Made by a program: the position numbers and the translations under genes. The notes under the pieces are model-generated. The model was not told the origin of the DNA and did no database searches. It was given only the letters and a program-made list of their open reading frames with translations. A stretch of 64,000 nucleotides of DNA. It comes from a virus. Taxonomy: Duplodnaviria; Caudoviricetes. The stretch is taken from IMG/VR virus record IMGVR_UViG_3300010429_000409, positions 30,540-94,539 of that record, one strand, 5' to 3'. Of this stretch, positions 57,095-64,000 are shown piece after piece (the first letter of the stretch is position 1; each line of letters begins with the position of its first letter).

Positions 57095-57996
57095 CCCGCC
57101 ATGGCCTTCATCTGCGCCAACCTGGTGAAGGTTAGCAATGAGGCAAACTTCAGCCGCTTCAACATCTGAATTGTTGCCTTTTTGTCGGGCTCCGGATGTA
57201 TCGGCTTGATGGTGTAACCACGCTTGATTGTGGTCAGCTGGAGATATAGGCGGATGTCAGCGGCAGCTTCCACCACAGCGCAACGCAACTTCTCACCAAC
57301 CGCCCGAGGCCAACCAGGATCAGACCTTTCAGCAGCCGCGATCACGGAATCCACATTGCCATAGATTTGCACCAAGGCAGCAGCCTTCTTGGGTCCAACA
57401 CCTCGTACCCCAGGGATGTTATCGGAAGTGTCCCCGCACAAAGCCTTCAGGTCAGGGATGTATTCCGGGGCAACCCCATGGCGCTCGATGACAGCCGCAA
57501 CATCATACACCTTGTCACCTTTCTTCCCTCCTGGAGCAACCACCACAACCCCTTCCCCTACCAGCTGGCGCAAATCGCTGTCGCCCGAATACACCACGCG
57601 GTTCATCCCTTGGAATCGCTCCACAAGGTGCCCAATCACGTCATCAGCTTCACAGCCGTCGCCCTCGTATTGCCTGACACCTAGCAGTTGCAACAATCTC
57701 TTCAGGATGACTTCTTGCTGGTTCATCCCATCCAAAAATTCTCTCAGTTCCTCCGTTGGAACACCCTTCTGCTTGTATTCAGGATACAACTGGAATCTGA
57801 AATTGCCCTCACCTTCCCAAGCCACAGCCACCAGCCCACCCCACCTTTCGTGGATCAGCAGCATCAAATTCAGGAATCCCCAGATGGCTCCAGTTGGCAC
57901 AACCTGACCATCAACCTCAACTTCCAGTTCCCGGAACACATCAGCAGTCCGGTACAACATGTGGCGCCCGTCGATGATGAGCAAGTCAGCCCTCAA
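57091..57996 (-). CDS. 5'-3' exonuclease (FEN / Pol I N-terminal type)
   Basis: LIIDG, YPEYK, EADDVIG, SGDSDL, GDTSDNIPGVRGVGPKKA. Confidence 0.93.
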   Translation of the reverse strand: MRADLLIIDGRHMLYRTADVFRELEVEVDGQVVPTGAIWGFLNLMLLIHERWGGLVAVAWEGEGNFRFQLYPEYKQKGVPTEELREFLDGMNQQEVILKRLLQLLGVRQYEGDGCEADDVIGHLVERFQGMNRVVYSGDSDLRQLVGEGVVVVAPGGKKGDKVYDVAAVIERHGVAPEYIPDLKALCGDTSDNIPGVRGVGPKKAAALVQIYGNVDSVIAAAERSDPGWPRAVGEKLRCAVVEAAADIRLYLQLTTIKRGYTIKPIHPEPDKKATIQMLKRLKFASLLTFTRLAQMKAMAG

Positions 57997-58264
57997 AATG
58001 GCACCCCATCGTCTTGCGGCCCAATCTCTTCAGGCCACGGCTCATCTCCGGCAAGCACAGCGCATCCATGAACGTGCTCACCCCACAACTGCAACTTGAT
58101 CTCGTGCCACAAGCCCAGGACAGTTCCCCTCCGTTTGTATTTCCAGTCACACGGTTCAGCACTATTTGACCACAGCATATCATGGACATCCTTGTACGTC
58201 AGGCCCGTCCTGACTTCCTTGTATTTCAACCCGCAATAAGGGCACTCAATCTCATCCCAGCTGC

Positions 58265-58945
58265 TCATCCTTTTCGTATCCAGTCACGCCCCAACAGGCT
58301 CACGGGATATGTTTTGGTCACCCGCATGAACACCTGGCGCTCCTTGTCATGTTCCAACTTGTCCATAGTCAGAGCACCGGAGCGCAATTGAACCTCAACC
58401 CAGACCAGCTGGGCCAGCCCGAATGCATCGCACAGGTCCTCAGATGTCTGGTGGTTCCCTTTCTTGCCAGGCTTGGGCGGCACATCATATATCCCAAAGT
58501 TGACTCCCCAACGCTCCAGCACGGATTCACGCATCAGGCCCTTGTCCGCCGTTCCATCGTGGGTTACAAACATCTTGAGGCTGATTGGATCATGCAACCT
58601 GAGATGCGCTCCGGAATGATAGGCCAAGAGCCTTGCCAACCCACCCATTTCCCCGAGGTAGTGTGCACCTTGTTCTGCCCTGATGGCATAGTCTTCAATG
58701 CCTATGCAGTCTGGCTCATTCACCAAGATCACATCCTTGATGAATTCTTCCATGGTCGCCAACCTGTCGATGCCCCGGAGGTGCCGATCTTTGGTGTTGA
58801 GAAGAGGCATCCTGAACCCATGGCTTTTGGACCTTTGCGCACTTCCAGCGATGTCCGTGATGTACCAGAACCCAGTCAGCTTCCCGTCATCAAGTTGAAT
58901 GAAAGCTGCGTGGTTCAACGCCATGTCCCATCCATGGATTCTCAT
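58265..58945 (-). CDS. RuvC-like Holliday junction resolvase
   Basis: GWDMAL, IGIEDY, P.SLKMFVT..G.ADK, DLCDAFGLA. Confidence 0.75.
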   Translation of the reverse strand: MRIHGWDMALNHAAFIQLDDGKLTGFWYITDIAGSAQRSKSHGFRMPLLNTKDRHLRGIDRLATMEEFIKDVILVNEPDCIGIEDYAIRAEQGAHYLGEMGGLARLLAYHSGAHLRLHDPISLKMFVTHDGTADKGLMRESVLERWGVNFGIYDVPPKPGKKGNHQTSEDLCDAFGLAQLVWVEVQLRSGALTMDKLEHDKERQVFMRVTKTYPVSLLGRDWIRKG

Positions 58946-59350
58946 CTGCCCACCTCAACCTCCGCCTCGGACATGAATTCACCACACCTTGGGCACTTCC
59001 ACCCTTGCACACCCTTGGTCACAAGTCGGTTGTCGCCCTTTTCCCCTTCCAAGATGGCGTCCAGCATCACCCATGGTTCCATTCTCCATCCGCACACCCT
59101 ACACACAGGGGCATCGGTGGCTTCAAACCCAACCATCTACACACCCTCACCACCAAACAAAGCGCCCTGTTCGCCAATTCCAATTTGACAGATGCAAATT
59201 CCCACATTTCCTCCGCCGCACAGACCAACAGCATGTTCTGCTCTTCCACCAACTCCACCTTCTGTTTCAAGACGGAATTTTCCAAAACCAAGAGCGTGAT
59301 GGCGAACACCAAGCTGGTGACAACTGCAACAGCGCACATGATTCGCCATT

Positions 59351-61249
59351 TCATTCCACCTCCAACGTGGACATCCCATCACGCTTGGTGACACAAACAA
59401 CTCTGTCAAACTCGTATGCCAGGTCAGCCTCATGGCTCACCAGGAAAATTGAGCCACGCCTGTGCCTGATGTCCGCCAGCAGCTTCATCACCCTATCACA
59501 CCCCTCCCGATCCAACCCATCCAGCACCTCATCAAGCAACAGCAGGTCCAACTCGCCTTCCCGGGATGACACGAGATCCATCAAGGCGAGGTCCGTTGCC
59601 ACTTCCATCTTCTTGCGCTGCCCTCCGGACGGCTGGACGCCATGTTGCCCCTCGATGGTCCAACTGATGTCGATTTCATCCCTCATCTCGCCAACCTTGG
59701 ATTTCAGTTCACGCAAGGTTGAAAACGACATGGTGATGTCGCCATCAGACAAAATCCTGAGATAGTGATTGGCCCGGTCGGTCAGGAAAGGCATGGTCTC
59801 ATCAAGCATCACAGATGGCAAGCCCTGGTTCGAGAATCCATGGGACCAAAAATCATGATACAGCAGCTCATCCCGGCCATTGACCAGCTTTGCCTTCAGT
59901 TCCCTGATTTCAACCTTCAGCATCCTGGCCTTCTTGATGGCTGCATCAAATTGCGCTTGATAGGGGTTGGGCTCGTTGCGCCTTTCCTCCATGTCAGCCA
60001 TCATGCGCTTCAACGCCTTCTTGTCAGCTTCCATTGCCCCGCGCATGCTCAGCAATTCGCCCCGCTCACGCTCCAACCTTCCGATGCGTCCTGCTTGCTT
60101 CGCCAAGGCGTCAATCCCAGCCTGGGCCCTTGCTTGTTCTTGCTCCACCCCTCTTGCTTTTCTGGTTTCCTTCTCAGCTTCAGAAATCAACTTCATTCTG
60201 TTCTTGCCAAGCACATTCGCACGTTCCCGAAGTGCCTGAAGGCGCCCAAGTGCCTCAACCGTATCCATGCTGCTTTCGCACAATGGGCACTTCCCATCCC
60301 CCAACTTGGCCAACACATCCTTGACGTGTTTGATTTCAACATCAATCTTCCCGACCTTCCCAATCAGTTCCGCTGCTTTGGAGTCGTGCTCCCTGATCCT
60401 GTTCCTGAAGCCCATCATGTCAACCGGAGGTGTTGCAGCGATTGCCTCTTTCAACGCTCTGATTTCTTCATCCACTTCCTTCAGCTTCGCAGCATCCCCT
60501 CTGGACCGATTGGCAGACGCCAACAACCCTTCTGCCTCTTTTGCTTTGTTTTTCAACCAGGCATCCCTGGAATCTTCCCAACTTTTCATACGGTCCTGGA
60601 TCAACTCCACAGAAAGCTCACCCAGCTGGCGTTCCCGCTGGGCAATATCAGATTCATTCTGGTGGATGGAAGCCTTCAGCCCTCGGGCTTGGTCTACAAC
60701 CCATTTGGAACACAACCGGAAGATGTCAGTTTTCAACATCCTGTGAAGCATCAACTTCCGGTCGGAGTCCTTGACCCTGGTGTCTGTGAAGCGCAGAGAA
60801 TCGTTTTGACCATACAACACGCTGTTCCGAAATGACATGAAATCCAACCCGAGGATGTCATTGAGATAGGCAAGCAACTCATCCTTGCCCAGCTCAACAG
60901 GCTTCCCCTCCGGCCCGAGCAACATCAGGCTAGGCTTCCCCTTGCTGCGCTTCCTGACGATGGTCCATTCATCCCTGCTTTTGTCCTCCAGCACAACACT
61001 CACAAATGCCTCTTTGCACCCCAACCTGATGACTCCATCGCCCTTGTCTTCATCCACCGTGTCGCCATACAAACACCATGTCAGCGCCTTGAACACGGTT
61101 GACTTCCCGGACCCATTGCTGTTGGATGAGTCTGTGTCTGTGTTGTGGCCAACAAGACACACCAATCCCTGATCAGCGAGGTCCAGGCGGCACTCGCCAA
61201 AACAGCAAAAGTCCTTCATCTCAATGCTTTTCAGCTTCACGCTTTGCAT
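59351..61249 (-). CDS. sbcC: SbcC/Rad50-like (T4 gp46-like) ATPase
   Basis: SNGSGKST, CPLC zinc hook, SGGQ signature, LLLDEV, VSH. Confidence 0.92.
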   Translation of the reverse strand: MQSVKLKSIEMKDFCCFGECRLDLADQGLVCLVGHNTDTDSSNSNGSGKSTVFKALTWCLYGDTVDEDKGDGVIRLGCKEAFVSVVLEDKSRDEWTIVRKRSKGKPSLMLLGPEGKPVELGKDELLAYLNDILGLDFMSFRNSVLYGQNDSLRFTDTRVKDSDRKLMLHRMLKTDIFRLCSKWVVDQARGLKASIHQNESDIAQRERQLGELSVELIQDRMKSWEDSRDAWLKNKAKEAEGLLASANRSRGDAAKLKEVDEEIRALKEAIAATPPVDMMGFRNRIREHDSKAAELIGKVGKIDVEIKHVKDVLAKLGDGKCPLCESSMDTVEALGRLQALRERANVLGKNRMKLISEAEKETRKARGVEQEQARAQAGIDALAKQAGRIGRLERERGELLSMRGAMEADKKALKRMMADMEERRNEPNPYQAQFDAAIKKARMLKVEIRELKAKLVNGRDELLYHDFWSHGFSNQGLPSVMLDETMPFLTDRANHYLRILSDGDITMSFSTLRELKSKVGEMRDEIDISWTIEGQHGVQPSGGQRKKMEVATDLALMDLVSSREGELDLLLLDEVLDGLDREGCDRVMKLLADIRHRRGSIFLVSHEADLAYEFDRVVCVTKRDGMSTLEVE

Positions 61250-62345
61250 TCTCCAGCGCCTTCAGGCCCAACGCCTTCAGCCGCTCCAGGTCGAATCCTC
61301 CGGTGGACTCGCTGATTTCATCCACGTATTTGGTCACCAACTCTTGGAATGTTGCTTTCTTTGGTGTTGCCGCCCGAGTCTGTTTTTGAGGGATATATCT
61401 GTGGATGCATGACGCACGGTATCCATCCCCAACCCACTTCTTGATCACCGATTTGGTCTTTGGCAGCATCTTGACCCAATCGGCCTCCGTTGCTTCCAAC
61501 TCCACCTTGATAAAGTCCCCAGGCTTGGCGCCCTTGGGGAGTGCCAGGTTATTCACTGTCCAGAAGGCACTTCCTGGCAATTTGATTCTAGTTGGCGCTG
61601 CCCCATTCGGTCTGAATTTCCACATGGTGAATTGCGTTGGGTTCCCTGATTCACCAAAATGCAGTTGGAGGGGTGCGCCAACATATTCACCCCGACCTTC
61701 CAGCGATTGGTTGGTGTGGAAGTGACCAGCCAGAACAAGATTGAAAGCAGAGTCAATATCCCTTGTCGGGTCCAACCCGATGTCGCATTTCCATGTCCCT
61801 TGCTTAGCACCCATGATTGATTGATGCAGGAGCAGACAGTTGAATCCCTTGTTCCCCTTGGGCAGTTTTTTGGCATGCTTCTTGATAGCTTCCCTGTTGC
61901 CCTCGATTGACCCAAATGGCACAGGGCAGAACCTAAGCCACCCCCAGTATTCCAAAGCCTCATGTCCCAACACCTTGACGTGTTCCAGCCCAGCCTCGGA
62001 AAACAACTCAACCATGAACCGCTCTCCACGATCATTGTGCGCATCATGGTTGCCGGGCAGGATGTACACCTGGCACGGCATCTTTGCAAGAACGGTCAAT
62101 GACTCCCGGAGGGTCACAGCGTCAATCAATCGCTTGTCGTATAGGTCACCGAGGATGAACAGCCCGCCGCTATCCTTGCACACCTCCCCCATCTGTTCCA
62201 AAGCACAAAGCTGTGATGCGAATCGGTCTGTCACCCCGGGTCTGCCGTGCCAGTCATCAAGAGGCTTGGCGTGTGGCAACATGTTGCTCAAGTGCAGGTC
62301 AGCAGTGAAGCCTGCATCAAATTCCATGTTGGTCAGTTTGCCCAT
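61221..62345 (-). CDS. sbcD: SbcD/Mre11-like (T4 gp47-like) nuclease
   Basis: ADLH, GDLYD, GNHD, LLH, GHFH, YVGAP.Q..FGE. Confidence 0.9.
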   Translation of the reverse strand: MGKLTNMEFDAGFTADLHLSNMLPHAKPLDDWHGRPGVTDRFASQLCALEQMGEVCKDSGGLFILGDLYDKRLIDAVTLRESLTVLAKMPCQVYILPGNHDAHNDRGERFMVELFSEAGLEHVKVLGHEALEYWGWLRFCPVPFGSIEGNREAIKKHAKKLPKGNKGFNCLLLHQSIMGAKQGTWKCDIGLDPTRDIDSAFNLVLAGHFHTNQSLEGRGEYVGAPLQLHFGESGNPTQFTMWKFRPNGAAPTRIKLPGSAFWTVNNLALPKGAKPGDFIKVELEATEADWVKMLPKTKSVIKKWVGDGYRASCIHRYIPQKQTRAATPKKATFQELVTKYVDEISESTGGFDLERLKALGLKALENAKREAEKH

Positions 62346-62423
62346 CTTGGCGGCCTCAACTCCCCAACATCATGGATCACTTCAACCACAGCCCTGATCA
62401 CGCCCGCAGCAGTGGTCTTGCCT

Positions 62424-63635
62424 TCACTCATCATCCGATAATACGCTGCTGGTGGGTCCAGGCTTTCCTCCGCCCTTTCTTTCCACCTTGACAGTATCTC
62501 CAGCGCCAGCTGCCGAATCAGCAGCACATCCCGTTCCCTCAGCGCAATCTCCATTCCCGACCTTGCTGCTGTCAGCAGTTCCTCCACATCCTTGTCCATA
62601 GACACCCTCCACCAATTTCATCGCTGAGTTGTGTTTCTGAGCGAGGATGCGAGCAGCCTTCTTGATTCCAGGGCCATATTTGTGGCCATTCCAAACATAC
62701 CATTGGCCATTCTGCTTCACCAATCCCTTGGCCACTGCCACCTTGATGAGTGATGCAAAATAGTCCACACCCTTGCCGTATACAATATCAAACTCCGCCT
62801 TTCTGAATGGCGGAGCAATTTGATTCTTTGCTATGTAGGCTTGATTGTGATCGCACATCCTGATGTTGGTCTTGGGATCTGTTTCAGACCCAACCCGTTT
62901 GACATTGATGATGAGGCTGGCATAGAACCGTGGCGCCCGGCCTCCGGCCGTGTCCTCTTTGTCCCCGAACATCACGCCAATCTTTTCACGCACCTGACTT
63001 ATGAACACCAACGCAACATCTTCCCTGGACACAAGCGGAATGAGCTTGGGCAATTTCTGGCTGTAGATGCGAGCAACATCTGCCATCTGCTGCTGTTCCC
63101 AGTCGCCCTCGTATGCTGCTTTGCTGATGGCTGCATTCATCGAGTCCAAGACGATCAGAATTGGAATGCGCCGTTTCATCTTGATGCGCATTTCCCTAGC
63201 TGATTCAACGGTTGTTTCAATGACTGCGAACACCCTCTCAAGATATGGTGGTTGGATGATCATCAGCTCATCGAGGTTCACACCCAACTTCTTGGCATAG
63301 TCCGGATCAAGTTTGTATTCAGCATCATTGTACACAGCAATTCCACCTTGGCGTTGGCACTCGGCAACCAAATGCAACGCCAAGGTGGTCTTGCCGCACC
63401 CTTCAGGTCCGGTCAGGATGGTCAACCGGGCAAGCGGGATTCCGCCCCGTCCAATGGCAACATCGACGGCTGGGCACTGAGTTGACAACACCCCTCTGAT
63501 CTTGATTGCCAGCCCTTTGCTGCCAAGCAGTTGGGCAGTTCCCTCGCCCCCGGCTGCAGCTGCCAGCTTGGCCACCATCTTGTTCAACTCGCCCCTGCTG
63601 ACCTGGACAGGTTTGCTGACTTGGATGATGGCCAT
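62424..63635 (-). CDS. recA: RecA recombinase
   Basis: GPEGCGKTTLALH, DAEYKLDPDYAKKLGV, ISQVREKIGVMFG, GGRA..FYAS, KNQIAPPFRKAEFDI. Confidence 0.95.
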   Translation of the reverse strand: MAIIQVSKPVQVSRGELNKMVAKLAAAAGGEGTAQLLGSKGLAIKIRGVLSTQCPAVDVAIGRGGIPLARLTILTGPEGCGKTTLALHLVAECQRQGGIAVYNDAEYKLDPDYAKKLGVNLDELMIIQPPYLERVFAVIETTVESAREMRIKMKRRIPILIVLDSMNAAISKAAYEGDWEQQQMADVARIYSQKLPKLIPLVSREDVALVFISQVREKIGVMFGDKEDTAGGRAPRFYASLIINVKRVGSETDPKTNIRMCDHNQAYIAKNQIAPPFRKAEFDIVYGKGVDYFASLIKVAVAKGLVKQNGQWYVWNGHKYGPGIKKAARILAQKHNSAMKLVEGVYGQGCGGTADSSKVGNGDCAEGTGCAADSAAGAGDTVKVERKGGGKPGPTSSVLSDDE

Positions 63636-63639
63636 TGGA

Positions 63640-64000
63640 TCACTTCCCCTTCTTTTTGGCGCCCATCTTCTTGAGCTGCGCGGCCAACTCATCGAGTTCA
63701 GCATCATCGTTGGCCTTGGGCTTGGCCTTGACGCCAGGCTTCATCGTGGGCTTGGGAACAGGCTTGGGCGCCTGAGCAGCAGGCTTGGTCGGAGGCTTGC
63801 CCGGCACCTTGGCCTGGGGCTTGGCCTGGGGCTTGGGCGCGGGCTTGGCCTGTGGCTTGGCCTGGGGCTTGGGCTTGGGCTTCGGGGCAGGCTCCTCATC
63901 CTCGGCCGCTTCCTCCTCATCCTCGGCCGCTTCCTCATCCTCGGCCGCTTCCTCATCCTCGGCCGCTTCCTCATCCTCGGCCGCTTCCTCCTCATCCTCG
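63640..64000 (-). CDS. C-terminal part of an acidic/Pro-Lys-rich protein, possibly SSB (truncated; not in ORF track)
   Basis: Manual translation ...EEAAEDEEAAEDEEPAPKPKPKPQAK...PTKPAAQAPK...NDDAELDELAAQLKKMGAKKKGK*, directly upstream of recA. Confidence 0.55.
   Translation of the reverse strand, partial: EDEEEAAEDEEAAEDEEAAEDEEAAEDEEEAAEDEEPAPKPKPKPQAKPQAKPAPKPQAKPQAKVPGKPPTKPAAQAPKPVPKPTMKPGVKAKPKANDDAELDELAAQLKKMGAKKKGK

Noticed and set aside
63741-63995. Arg/Pro-rich ORFs (also 53403-54266)
   Set aside because: Alternate-frame readings of the acidic/PAK repeat genes.

Overview
A 64-kb segment of a large tailed dsDNA phage with a contractile (myovirus-type) tail. Essentially all real genes lie on the minus strand, so transcription runs right to left. 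The order is: recombination/repair and nucleotide genes (RecA, SbcCD, RuvC-like resolvase, 5'-3' exonuclease, family-4 UDG, dCMP deaminase; 55.4-64 kb); small accessory genes including an AAA+ ATPase (44.7-55.2 kb); a ~1.9-kb gene-poor region (42.8-44.7 kb); small early-type genes (37.8-42.6 kb); packaging and head genes (terminase, portal, gp7-like protein, XkdF-type protease, scaffold, major capsid); accessory virion genes; then neck, sheath, tube, chaperone, tape measure and baseplate genes. I saw no integrase, lysis cassette, tRNA or CRISPR array. Best leads: (1) the scaffold's C-terminal peptide [VM]-x-K-[GSD]-F-W-x-G-[VI]-[IL]-COOH also ends three unrelated small proteins scattered through the late region, suggesting a cleavable capsid-loading tag; (2) the prohead protease appears split, with its last conserved strand (EVSLVDKPA) at the scaffold N-terminus beyond a single in-frame TAA; (3) three copies of a regulatory module with a sigma54-like -24/-12 box and a 22-bp element 91-93 bp upstream; (4) a -1 frameshift signal in the tail chaperone. 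All functional calls come from motif recognition and gene order; no database searches were run.
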